Of a DNA stretch of 64,000 nucleotides, positions 26,257 through 38,439 are shown piece by piece. Numbering within the stretch: the first letter of the stretch is position 1; each line of letters begins with the position of its first letter. The DNA is taken from the NCBI GenBank assembly GCA_020891255.1, contig BQFW01000008.1, positions 1,178,001 through 1,242,000 on the forward strand, in the 5' to 3' direction. This stretch comes from Entomortierella parvispora E1425 (lineage: Eukaryota; Fungi; Mortierellomycota). A program made the translations under genes and the position numbers. Below the pieces are notes generated by a model. It did not search any database. It saw only the letters and a program-made list of their open reading frames with translations, and had not been told where the DNA came from.

Positions 26257-27935
26257 CGGGTTCAATGATGAATTGGAGATCTCGAAGTGAGAGAGGTGGT
26301 GGTGGTGGGTGGTGTGGATTGTTACCCTGAGGATCATCTCTGCGGCGACCATTGTTACGGAAGACATGGTGCCCTACCCTCGGGTAGCGTAATAGTGATC
26401 AGAGTAGGTTCAGTGAAGGGCTGGGGAGAATGAGACGTGAGAGTGGCGTGGGTGATTCCTGAGAATTCGTCTCTGCGGCTGTCAACGTTCCGGAAGACGT
26501 TCGGGGGCCTCTACCCACGAGGAGGTTAATAGTTGGAGGTGGTTCAACGAAGGACTCGGCTGGGGGGTTGGGAGTTGAAGAGAGGCATGGTGAGGGTGAG
26601 GGTGAGGGTAAGGGTGGTGTGGGACATCTCCCGGAGAATCATCTCTGCGGCGGCCATTGTTACGGAAGACGATGGTGCCCTGCCCTCGGGTAGCGTAATA
26701 GTGATCAGAGTAGGTTCAATGAAGGATTCGGTTTGTGGAGTATCTCTCTGAGAATAATATCTGCGGCGTCAGAGATCAACCGAGTCTTGACAACGTCCAC
26801 TGACCATACTGGAGTCCTCTCTATTACGGATAGGAAAAAATCAAGAACGGCGGCCTTCCATCCAGTCAAGATCCTGCCCAGGCACTGCAGCCGCTTCCTT
26901 GCGATACCTTTGCAGTGCTGAAGGAGGATTGTCAACGCGTGGCAATAAGAGGTTCTCTCTCTTCAACGTCAGTCCTCTGAAGCCCTTGTCCGAGATCCAA
27001 ACTCTGCCCTATACCTTCCTATCCTAGGCGAAAAAGAGTGCGCGTGGAGCCGGATGTGGTGCGAGGATCGAAAGCTCTTCAGAGTCCTTCATCATATCCT
27101 CCTCTGCAGACTGGTGTGTACTTTTAGCTATTTTGATGGATTGGATTTGTGTATGAGGGGTTGGTCCTGGCCCTTGGTGAGGTACTTTTTGTTCAGATAT
27201 TTCTCTTTTTGTTCTTGTCGTGAACAGCTCCGTCCTCCTTTCTGCTAGTCATCGGAGGTGATTGTCGACGAGCAACACCTACTCGTGGATTCAAGAACAG
27301 ATGCCGCCCTCCTCTTCTCTGACCCTCATCCATATGAGGACAGGATGCCGTCAACAAGTTCCGTCCGCTGTGCCTGGCGGGTTGTCTGCGAGCTTGATCA
27401 AGGTACGAAAGTATGGCAGTGGGTAGCGCTCCAGGACAAGGCGTCTGCAAGCGCTCATGCGGGTTCAGTGATGGGTTGGAGGTTGGGATTGGGATTGGGA
27501 TTGGAGGTGAGAGGGGTGGCGGTGGTGTGGATTATTACCCTGAGAATCATCTCTGCGGCGACCATTGTTACGGAAGACATGGTGCCCTACCCTCGGGTAG
27601 CGTAATAGTGATCAGAGTAGGTTCAGTGAAGGGCTGGGGAGAGTGAGACGTGAGAGTGGCGTGGGTGATTCCTGAGAATTCGTCTCTGCGGCTGTCAACG
27701 TTCCGGAAGACGTTCGGGGGCCTCTACCCACGAGGAGGTTAATAGTTGGAGGTGGTTCAACGAAGGACTCGGCTGAGGAGTTAGGAGTTCAGGAGGGGAA
27801 GGGTGAGGGTGGTGAGGTGTGGGGTATCACCCTGAGAATGATCTCTGCGACGGTTGCTGTTACGGAAGATTGCAATGGCCCAGAGGTCAACCGCGTCTTT
27901 ACAGCGTCCACTGACCATACTGCAGTCTTATTACA
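26153..27935. repeat. Nested direct repeats: about 1213-bp-offset duplication with a 230-bp near-identical core, built from about 120-160-bp degenerate units
   Basis: 26333-26562 vs 27546-27775 differ at 1 base. Flanks 26153-26332 vs about 27353-27545 are diverged. The unit core ATCTCTGCGGC...TTACGGAAGA recurs near 26335, 26470, 26640, 26758, 27548, 27683 and 27841. Confidence 0.92.
26840..27460 (-). pseudogene. Decayed paralog copy A of an unknown gene
   Basis: One frame with sporadic stops over about 620 nt: RRLVLERYPLPYFRTLIKLA...ISDKGF...QRYRKEAAAVPGQDLDWMEG. Differences from copy B are mostly synonymous in this frame. Confidence 0.5.
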
Positions 27936-28616
27936 GATAGGTGTAGTGACTTCCAACGATGCCGATGAACTCGTAGTGCCGTAGTTTCCTTCATTTTTAT
28001 TAAAATGGCCATGAAAAGTGCAAAATGAAGAGAGAATGGCAATGTTGAAATTATGGACAACTGTGTCTATCTACCTCTCCTGCGCCGAGAGAGATGGGGA
28101 GTGGAGCTTTGATTGTCATCTCTGCCTGCTGTGGTTGGGTGAACTCGGCTTGAATGAAAAAAGGATACAAAAGGAGCAACACAGTTTTTTTTTACCAAAA
28201 GAAGGGAAAGGGCCAAGATTGGTCCTTCGCCCGAGGACAGGGGTCTTGTGGATGAACCCTGGCCACTGAAAGTGCCTGAGTAGGACAGGCTATCGATGGT
28301 GTTGCACGCGTAGTTCAGTTGAGGTATCCACCGACAATGGCATCCCTTGTGCGCCGCTTAGACCAAGCAGCACGCGATCCCAAACCCCCAGGACATGCCA
28401 TCCTGGTCACCACAAGTCGTAAGCCTGACATCGACGACGGTGTGTTGAATGAGATAAACCTTGGATGAGTGTTGTAAAGACGGCAAAGGGGGTGAGGGTC
28501 AGATTTGGTGGCGCATTACATATTTCCGTGAAACGTCCCCAGCACGCGTTGGTCCTTATTCTTGCTCTCTTGTTCTTCTTTCGTCTCTTCATCCATCCAT
28601 CTCTGTCCCCGCATCC

Positions 28617-29967
28617 ATGTACTCGGCACACGACCAGCGTGGAGTGACAGCTGACAGCTTCAAGGTTCTTGTCCTTGGCGATTCAGGTGTTGTAAGATTT
28701 CCCTTCTCGGTGCAAATGTGCAAATTACCTCAATTTGACCATTATGCATTACTTGCTTGCATGCATGCAAACATGCCCTGGTTCTGCTCTTTCATTCGCT
28801 TACCTTGGCCTCTCACTTCTTGTGTAGGGAAAGACAACGTTGGTTCATGCTCTCTGCCATGATGAGGTCCTTTCGTCGCCCATTCCAACCGTCGGATGCA
28901 ATGTTCAAGTTCGACTACATTCCTCCACTGTGCCCTCTATCACTGGAGCCTCCTCTGGTGCGCGATCAGGCATGATGCCCTCCTTGTTCCCTCGCTCTTC
29001 TGACCTGTCATCTCCAACCTCGTCTACTTCCCCTTCAAATTACGGGAACCAACACCAGCCAAAGTTCATAGAGTTTTACGACATTTCTGGATCTCCTGCT
29101 GTGCGAGATCCTAGTACGAGGAACATGTTCTATCGAGGCACCACTTATCAAGGCATCATTCTCGTGCACGATCTGTGCAATCGACGTAGTTATGACAACC
29201 TGTGGACATGGATTGGATCTTATCTGGAGCATTCTGGAGCGTCTCTTGGATACAGCGGTAGTCAATTGAGTATTCCGCTCTTGGTCGTGGGTACAAAGAT
29301 GGATATGGTGGCCACTGGAGGCAGTAGCACTGGAGGACCAGGGGCTCTGGATCTGGTTCAGAAATATGGTGGGGAGGCCATCTCTGTCTGCACAGTCTCC
29401 CTTGCGGAGTTCATGCCAAACTCTTCTACATCTATTGCCTTCAACATGTTTTTGAATCAAGTCATGGATCCGACTTCATCCTCCACGCTGCCCCGATCCA
29501 GGACACCCTCCAGCAACAACACATACCAGGGATATTCCCGCACAATGCCCCCATCTCCCTCTCGTATTACTACCACTCTACCTCCTCCAACACCGACGCC
29601 TACCCAGGACAGGAGGCGAGATCCCTACCAAAATTCACAGGCAGAGGACGATGAATCTGGGTCACCTGTGATCCCCACCATGGATTTTGCAACATTTACA
29701 GGTGGAAGCACAGGAGGCAATGGCAGAAGTGCTGGTGGTGGCTCGTTTTCGAGTGAGAATACCCATCATCCAAGCGACCGGATACCTCATTCATCCTCTG
29801 AGCCGCATCTACCCAGCAGCGGTGGGAGCAGTGGCTTTAGCAGCCATCCACTTCGAGCGCAATACGAACGTAATAGGGCATTACAGGGACAATACAGCAA
29901 TATGAGTGTACCCGTTTATACCCAACCGGGAAGTCGAGGTCATACACCCTCAGGGTCTCGATCATAA
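28617..29967 (+). CDS. RABL3: Rab-like protein 3 (RABL3) atypical small GTPase (2 exons; intron 28692-28827)
   Basis: KVLVLGDSGVGKTTLVHALC....L..P.PTVGC.V.VR, IEFYDISG, GIILVHDL.NRRSY.NL..W and LLVVGTKMD closely follow RABL3. Long disordered tail with no CAAX. Confidence 0.85.
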
Positions 29968-30053
29968 ACCCCACGCAAACAAGAAATGATAAAATAAAAA
30001 AAATGTAGATACAATATTGTTGTTGCTGACTGCTGTAAGGTCCATGCATTTTT

Positions 30054-33000
30054 TTAGAGTCTAGAAAGGACTTCGCCAATGGCGGTCTTGACTAATGGCC
30101 GGGTCTCGGGTTGGGACTGCACCTCTGTCAGAGTATCCTTGATATCAGAAGACTTGAGGAACGTCAAGTAAGCGGGATCTAACATGGCGGATAAATATAT
30201 TTCAATGAGCGTTGTTGTCCTCCCAACCTTCCTTCCTTTCTCCGATGTCTCCATCGAACAATGATGGACACAAAATTACCTTCACCGTCGCGCGAGGCGG
30301 AGTCAAGGGCGTTTCGCAAAAGAACACAGACGTTGGTACGGACTTCATCAGGGCATTTGCCGTCTTTGTTCTTGATCAAGCTCAAGAGACTCTCTAGAAG
30401 CGTGAACGAGGCTGCCTTCTCAACGACGGGTGCATCCTCGGTGATAGTGGTCTCTGGATCAGGTTGTGGTGTCACGGCCACAGAGACAAGAGAGTCCAGA
30501 ACCGCATTCTTGTCTATTTGGTTATCATGTTGATCTGTTGTTAGGAATTGTAGGCTTCAGAAGTCGTCGAGTTGGGTTAAGCAAGTTGACATCAACTCAA
30601 CTTTACCTTGTGTAGGACTGGTGACGAGAAGAGTGAGGGCAATGACACCCTCATTCTGGAGGACCACGAATTTAGGGTTACGGGTCATGGCAGCAATGGG
30701 CAACACGACCTCAGTCTTGTTGAGGGTTTGTTGGAGAGCCCTGATCGAGCCATCGTCGATATCTGTCATGCAATCGCTGCCCCAAGTAACCTTGATCAGG
30801 TTGCACAACGTCCGGGTGCCTTCGCTCTTCAATGCAAAGTCGTCTGTTCGGTCAATCAACTCGACCAAGGTCGAAAGCGGTGTCTCCAACTCTGATTCGG
30901 CATTGGAGGTCGATGATAGAGTCTCGAAGGGTTCGCGTCCAGAAATGACACGGATAGAGTTGTAGCCATCGTTGGTGCAGAGACGCTTCAAGATACCGAC
31001 AATGTTGGACTGGAGAGGCAGAGCATTGTCCTTCTTGAGAAGTGGAAAACATGCTTGGATCACACCAGCATTACCCATCTGCTCCCTGTTCTTCTCTATA
31101 ATGTTTGGAACATGTGAGGATCGCGTCGATATTAGTAGCTAGAACAAATGTCAAAGAGTTCGATCGATTACACATTCCAATGTTTCCTTACCTGGCAAAG
31201 CAAGATTACGGAGAACTCCAGTGGCGGCGTGGCTTGCCTTCAAATCAACGGCCTTTCTGACAACATGGATCAGTGGCTCCACAGCCTGGTATTCGTGGAC
31301 AAGAGTAATGCAGTGTTGATCTGTGAGAAAAAAGGTCGTGTCATAGGTTGTTAGAGCTCTATCATTTCTCTGTCAACGCTCAGTCTTTAGAAAAGAAATA
31401 AAACTAAATCTTGTACTCACCAGAACGAGCCACGTTTCCAAGACAAAGAGCAGCACAAGTTTGCAAATCTTCACGATCCGCCAAGTCGAGCCACGTCAGG
31501 AAACGGTGCATGATCTCTTTGTCGTTGAAAATGGGGATCATGTTGGCATCTTTGAGAAACATGACAACAGGAAACAGAAAAAAAAATCATTAGAATCGTG
31601 GAAATGGTACAGCTCACTCAAAAAACGATTTTGCAGTCAAGGGATCATGGCCACCCTACCAGCAAGTGTCACTGAAACGACCACTTCAATCAAATCAGCC
31701 TTGATGGCAGCAAACTTCTTGTCGTCCTCCTTCTTTTCTTCCTCGGTCTTTCCCTCATCGGATGTTCCTGCGTTCTCCAAGATATCCAGCAAAGGGGTCA
31801 AAAGACCCTCCTGGAAAATAGCCTTTTGTGCAGAATCCTTGGCAGCCACGGGACGCAAGATGTCGGTCACCGCATCGATAATATCCACATATGACTCTAC
31901 ATCCTGACATGTCCGCTCCAAGAGCTGAATCAAGGTCTTAATACCCGAGTTCTTAATGATAGCCTGGATTCCTGTGTCTATTTTTTACCCCAGCAATTCA
32001 GATATATAATGATGAGCAATAGTTGGCTGTTTGTCAGAATGAGGTCAACACATCCTTTTTTTTTCTCCTTACCAAGTTCACACAAGAATGCAGACACGCG
32101 TGCAGCAATTGTCACGGTGACCTCGTTCTCCTCAAGATCCTGCGTCTCCAGCACTTTCAAGAGCTGCTCTACTGCGCCCAATTCTACAACCTTTGTCTGA
32201 GCCGGTTCTAATACAATTAAAATAACATCAATATCATTGTCAATTGCTGCGTTAGAAAAAAGAACAGAAAAAAAAAAGCCCCAAAATCTTTCCAAGTGAT
32301 CCTCAGTGACTTTACCACAAGACATGGTGGTGTTCAAAAGTGCACCGCAAGCATTCTTGATCGAATCTGCATGTGTCGAGTTTCTGAGAACATCGACAAT
32401 GGTATCAAAAGCATTCTCCTTCAAGAGAATCAATCTGTTGGCCTCTATTAGTGCGAAAAAATGTTCATAAGACACCATTTGAGGATTAGATCCATATTTT
32501 CTTTTGGTTGTCGGTTTCTGCCTAAACACGTTTGAATAAGCTGGTGGTCACGGATCCTCCGCGAATCGTTTGCTTTCTTACCATGATCAACACAGGCGTT
32601 GGCGAGGGCACGCATAGCCTGGATATCGACATGAGCTTTACGTTCGCTGTTAAATGCCTCCAGTTCAACAATCAGTTCGATCACTTTCGACTCGCCAATG
32701 GGTGTCCTGGCTTGCTCTACAGAAAGACGGCCTCATGTTAGATCCAAGAATTGAGCCGTGAGAGAAAAATAGAGATTGAAAAAGTGAACCACTGAAGCTG
32801 TGCTTTAGTGAGCAGGCTATCTTCGGGGGGTTTTTTTTTCAAATTGTACCTTTGCGAGCAGCATCGCCAAAGAACTGAAAGTCGTTGGCGACTTGGTCCC
32901 AGAGAGCGTCACTGTGTTCGCCTGCCTTCAATTGGGTCTTTGCGGATTCGAGCTGAGAAACTAGCCGTGGGATATGGGCCTCAACTGAAGTGGGGTCGGC

Positions 33001-33296
33001 AGCTAGGGTCGGTAAAGGTTCGAGAAAGGTTCGAGAAAGAAGCAAAGAAGAGGAATGAGTTTCCCTGTCTACATCTTCACTGGAGAAGGAATGAGAAATG
33101 CTGTCGCGTCTACCTTGGGCAGAAAGCTGGATATCTTGGACGAGGCTTGCAAAGGAGGCATCGTCCTGTGGGGTGGCATCTAAGCGGGGTAATGGAGAAA
33201 GGGGTCCGACTGTTAGGGTGTTGCAGGGGCATGCATCCTTTCGACGACTCTTTAGTCGCGAGCATGACTCTTGCCTGTGTTGTTGGCAGACATCAT
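30054..33296 (-). CDS. RAP1GDS1: SmgGDS / RAP1GDS1-like armadillo-repeat GTPase chaperone/GEF (about 13 exons)
   Basis: ARM repeats with QAMRALANACVDH..NR, ACGALLN, AALCLGNVARSD, MGNAGVIQAC, LQSNIVGILKRL and LQNEGVIALTLL. The start exon (33275-33296, GC donor) is tentative. Confidence 0.78.
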
Positions 33297-33599
33297 CTAA
33301 AGAGTGGTTGCTGTTGATGATGAGAGTAGGACTAGGCGAGAAGAGTAAAGTGAGGATGGATGGATGAATTAGGGAATGAACAAGAGAAAGAGTGAATGAA
33401 TGAATGAATGAATGAAGGGAAACAGAAAAAAAGGTGGCCATTCCCCGCACCGTCTCACTCTGTCCCAGGAACGCGTCCCTTTCTTTCTTTCTTTCCTCTT
33501 TTCCTTCGTCATTCTCTGTCCTCGTCACTTCTTCCTCTCTCCTGCTGCCACGATTCGAACCCTTGCCCCAACTGCTCTTCCACTCTTCACAGAACAACC

Positions 33600-34143
33600 A
33601 TGCCATCTTCACCCACCGTCTCCACCCTTATCCGAGAGTTCTTCTCTTCAGCGGAGCAAAAGTTTGCCGTCGTCGGCGCCAGCTCCAACCGCGCAAAGTT
33701 TGGCAATCGTATCCTTCAATGGCAAGTCTGCACCTACGTAGCCTCTTTCTACCAAGCAACTTCTCCCCTTTTCTCTTTCTTCCTGCTGACCACCGTCCGT
33801 CTGTCGTCATTGAAACAACAAACAAAACTATAGGTACATTGACAATGGCTACCAGGCCGTGCCTGTGAACCCAAGAGAAAAAGTCATCGAAGGACAAGTC
33901 TGCGTCTCCAACCTGTCTGAGCTCCCTGGTCGCCCAGCCGACTACCATGTCTCGATCATCACCCCTCCGACTGTCACCAAATCTGTCCTAGAGGAAGCTC
34001 ACAAGAATGGCATCACTCGAGTATGGCTTCAGCCCGGTGCAGAGTCTTCCGAGGCCCTCAGCTATGCCGAAAAAAATGGCCTCAAGATCCTGGCCGAGGG
34101 GCCCTGCGTGCTAGAGAATGGAATCAGAGCATCCGATCTGTAG
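33600..34143 (+). CDS. YccU-like CoA-binding domain protein (CoA_binding_2; 2 exons; GC-AG intron 33722-33833)
   Basis: FAVVGASSNRAKFGNRIL.WY...GY...PVNP, VSIITPP and VWLQPGAES...GPCVL are hallmark motifs of this family. Confidence 0.9.
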
Positions 34144-34167
34144 AGTGAAAACCCTCTGTTTGTTTTT

Positions 34168-35811
34168 TTATTTCTTTTCTTCCTGATGTGCTTCCTCCTC
34201 TTCCTCGTCATCTTCCTCGTCATCGTTGACAGAGAAGAGCATACTCAGTTCTCGCCTCCTTGCCTCACCCACACGAGAATTCAAAAAGCGGATAAATCGA
34301 AGTGTTCCCTCATCGCGAAGAACAATCGTCAATGTGTTGGCTCGTGGATACAGAGTCAAGAGGTTTGATTTCTCTGCCACGTAATGGGTAGCGCCTGCAC
34401 CCCATTCCTCGCTCCACTCAGTCTGGCCTGCTCCCAGGTATGGGAAGCTGAACGTGACATCTAAACCGTCCTTCTCGAGGGCATGGTCATGCAAAAGTGT
34501 ATAGTCCCCCTTTTTAAACATCCTGAGTTCAGTGTTGACGGCGAGGAAACCCAGGTTGGTGATCTTCTTCAGATAAGATTCAAACAGGGCCGAGCCAAAG
34601 AGTGTCTGCAACTGCTTCAACACTGTCGGGACCCTGTCCTGATTCTGGCTCGAGACGCGACTATAACTACGCACATGGCTGGGTCCCATCTTTTCGTCCC
34701 ACAAAGCCGACTCTGTTCCTTGTCTTTCCTCTGGACCCATGGCTGCCAGCTCCTTCACAAGAGCGTCGTAGACGGTGGGTTTGAGAAACTTCTGAAGTTC
34801 AATCGAGCTTTGATCCAAGAACACATTGCAAATGTTCTCCATGGCTCCTTCGCCAAGATAATCGGGGTTCAGAATATCCTCCAGGGAAACACTTGGCTGT
34901 TGCACAATGGACTCAAAGGGCATGGTCTTGGAGACAAGTTTTGTCTTCAAGGGTCCATGGAACCAACCAGAGATGGAGATCCTGCTCTTATCTCTCGTGA
35001 GGACTTCCGCTACTTGGTGATAGGAAACAGACGAAAGCTCAAAGAATGCCAACGTGTTCCTGACCGGTACTAGAGACTGTGCCACTTCAACAGGGTATCC
35101 AGATTCGTTGCTATATGGAGCAAGGTTAAAATTCAACAAGCGTTAAAGCAGGCTTTCAAAATAAGTCGCGGCAGTGACAAAAGTAGACGGTGGGATGATA
35201 ACTCACCACTTGAAAAGGTCCAGAGCTCCGCCATCAGCTGCCGTCCAGTCTTCATCCACGAGATAGAGGATGAAGGCAATCCGACGCCCTTCCTTCTCGT
35301 TCTTGATATCATCGTCATGGCAGAGTAGGTAGCAGCCCTCGTGGTATTGGTTTCCGTTGAGATCAATTACGGAAGGATCAAGATCAATCCCTGTCAGGGA
35401 GGACATCATGGCAAAGAACTCGTGTGAATAGATGGCGTTCTTGAGGGCGACGATATGGGGCTTCCGGGACAAGCGCAGGTCTTCCGACTGATAAAATTCA
35501 TACAAGTCGTTGGATTTGTGATAGTAATCCTCCAAAAGCAATTCGTCGCGAAGGGTCTTCAGAAATTCCTTGGACTGCAGGAAATTAGGCAAGCAGACGG
35601 CTGGATAAGGGTTTTCGATGATCCTAGCCTGACTCTCGGCATCGACAAAGGACTGACGGTCGCGAAAGGCGCTCCTGAAAGGGTTTGCAAAGTCGGGTTG
35701 GCTGTAGCGATTATTGAAGAGAGGCAGGTCGACGGAGACTGGGTCCTGTAGACTGAGCTTGGAGCGCTTCAGAGGCACGCTCGAGTGCTGGACCAACTCA
35801 TGTTTCGCCAT
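34168..35811 (-). CDS. OGFOD1: Prolyl 3-hydroxylase OGFOD1/Tpa1/Ofd1 (2 exons)
   Basis: KSNDLYEFYQS.DL, YLLCHDD (HxD), RRIAFILYLV..W...DGG.L.LF, SYHQV.EV and R.SISGWFH, plus a second degenerate dioxygenase domain (LRMFKKGDYTLLHD). Confidence 0.93.
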
Positions 35812-35987
35812 TGTGCCCGGATGGATGAATGAAATGAAGGTAGGAGGGAAGTAGCATGCATGCATGCAATGTTGACAAACCTCAAAAAAAAGAAGTGTGA
35901 CTGCTGGGCAATTGGTGGCACTGGCCTCGAGACACCAAGACCCTTCCATGCATGCATCCTCTTTGCCTTTCCATCCTGCATCATCCA

Positions 35988-37971
35988 ATGGCAAACCCTT
36001 ATCACCCATATCTGCCTCCATCACATGGACGTGGCCAAGACTCGCAGGACAGAGCGCGGTCAGGAAGATCGTTAGCTGACCCTCACAACCCAACTCACAG
36101 ATACCCTTCAGGACAGGGACCGAACCCACCACCTATCCGGCTAATGGGCCCTGGCCAAGCTCCACCGCCAAGGCCACCTGGATTCCCCTTGCGCCCACAG
36201 TCCTTTCGTCCAAACGAAGGACAGAGAGGTTATCCGCCTAATTACCCCAACCGCCCACGCGGTTCTCAACAAGATCAACGAACGTCTTTTGGACCAAATC
36301 AGCTCCCGCTCTACCCACTGGAGCGGTTCCAGGTCAATTGTGCACCTTTCCGTCAGCCGACCGAGATTGGGAGCTTTTCTTATGACGAACACCGAAACTT
36401 TGTCATGGATGACTCACAACTGGTAACTGTCATGCCAACATCCATTCCATCATGAGAGTGATCGGTCCTAGATATATAATATCTAACTACTTCACTATTT
36501 TTTAGAAATATTACTTTCCACCAGACCTACGCACGACCAACAATCTGTCCGTCAACTATGAGAAATATATTAGTCGGGATTCTTCTGTGGATGAACATAT
36601 CGACGCGCTCTTGGACGCGTTGATGTGCATCAAGATCGAAGAAGAACAGCAGCACTCCTCCACCCCTGAGCGACCAAGCATTACTAAAGCGGATTTTATT
36701 TGTTACCGCGGAATGTTGACCAAGATCATGTGTACACCCTATGCCAAGAATGACGCCTGGGAAATGGGTGCAACTTTATTCAATGGGACTATGTAAGCCC
36801 CTATGACTCACCAGGATGACTTGCATGTGGAAAGTCGCCTTTGCAATATCGTGTTTAATGGTTTGTTCACGGAAATAGATATATCGAGGAACACGTCTCC
36901 GATGAGAAGCGCAATGAAGCCACCAGCTCCGATGAACGACACAAACTCATGTCCTATTGGGGATACCGTTTCGAAACAATATGCAATATATCCAAACCTG
37001 TATCGGAACTAAGGCGGATCAAAACAAACAAACGAACTCTCCCTCAACAGCAGGAAGACGAAACCATAGCAAAGGCTCCTAAACTTGACAAAGACGCCAC
37101 TCATCCGGGCGAGAACTCCACGACTGAAGACCAAAACCAAAACCTGGAAGATGCCGAGGATGAGTTTACAGAACAGATCGATCTAGATGATCCTGAACTG
37201 GTAGGAAGGCTGGATGGGATCGTCAATACCAACTTTCAATACTGTACAGTGGCCAGGACCAGGATTGGTCGTAATAGCATCATCATGGGAGCTGAGGTGG
37301 ATTGTATTTCGGAACCGAAGCGTCCTTCTCATAATCCCCTATCTGATTATATTGAGCTCAAGACATCGCGTGTCATTTCGAACGCGAGGAACCGATCCAC
37401 ATTTGAAAGGTGAGATTCATTTCACTGTGGTGTCACCTGGAGTAACAATGAATCCATCGCTTCCCAGACTACTTACACTTTTATAACTGTCCTATAGACA
37501 CAAATTACTAAAGTTTTGGGCGCAGTCGTTTTTACCAGGAATTCCAACCATCATTGTTGGATTCAGGGATGACGATGGCAATGTTGTAACAGTCGAGACC
37601 TTCAAGACTATGGAGATTCCACGTCTTGTTCGGGGCAAGGAAGGCGCGTGGGTAAGAAGTGATCCTCAGCAGTATCCCCTATCGTGTTGCTTGACAAGTT
37701 TTTGATCCTCATTGATAACACGCTCTCCCTCTCGTATTTCTGCAACTACTAGGACTCGACCGTGTGTATAAACTTCCTGGACGGCGTATTAAATTTCCTG
37801 CGAAAGCAAATAGTCAAAGATGATCCGACAGTGACCTACACTATCCGATGGGCCCCTCCTTTCCAGGCTATTGAGGTGGAATACGCAGGACAACGACGAG
37901 CATTCTTAACAGAACGGTTTTTGAAACGGTGGGGGCACCCCCCAGAGTCTGCTGCGTCAACAGGCGGCTAA
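35988..37971 (+). CDS. RAI1: Rai1/DXO decapping and exoribonuclease protein (5 exons)
   Basis: QPTEIGSFSYD, ADFICYRGMLTKIMCTPY, YWGYRFE, GAEVDC, YIELKT and KLLKFWAQSFL.GIP.IIVGFRD are the DXO catalytic motifs. Confidence 0.93.
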
Positions 37972-38439
37972 ATGGACTGATATCTATTGACCTGCACAAT
38001 AAAGCGTGTCAAGAAACACACGACCAAGGGAAACTGATAGAGTGACCATCAGCTAGCAGTCCGCCTTGGGTTGCATGTATACTATATCAATCAGACCGGG
38101 AAGACATATAACGAACGTACAAAGCAACCGAAACGGCACCTTTCTTGAAACAAAAGCTACCTCGAATGAAAAACGCAAGTCGATCCACCCGTTTCTTGGT
38201 CCTCTTTGCTTTGACACTTTGGAGGACCGACTCTAGCTTTCAATCCTACGGTAGCCCCAACACCTCGCCAGTGGATGCCTCACGCATTCAGAACCTCAAT
38301 CCGCTTCTGAGCATGACCCAGTGTTCATCCATCCACTATTATCCAGCAGACTGGAACGCACAAAAGGAAGAAACTAAGGCTCGGTCCGTGAATCTTGTAC
38401 TCAATCATCCCGCTTTCCCCCCTTTGACACCCCTAACCA

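Noticed and set aside
26733-26830. VWSVDVVKTRL resembling the mitochondrial-carrier signature
   Set aside because: Lacks the Pro and surrounding TM helices; lies within degenerate repeats with ambiguous frame.
34483-35073. 196-aa + strand ORF
   Set aside because: Antisense shadow of OGFOD1 exon 2.
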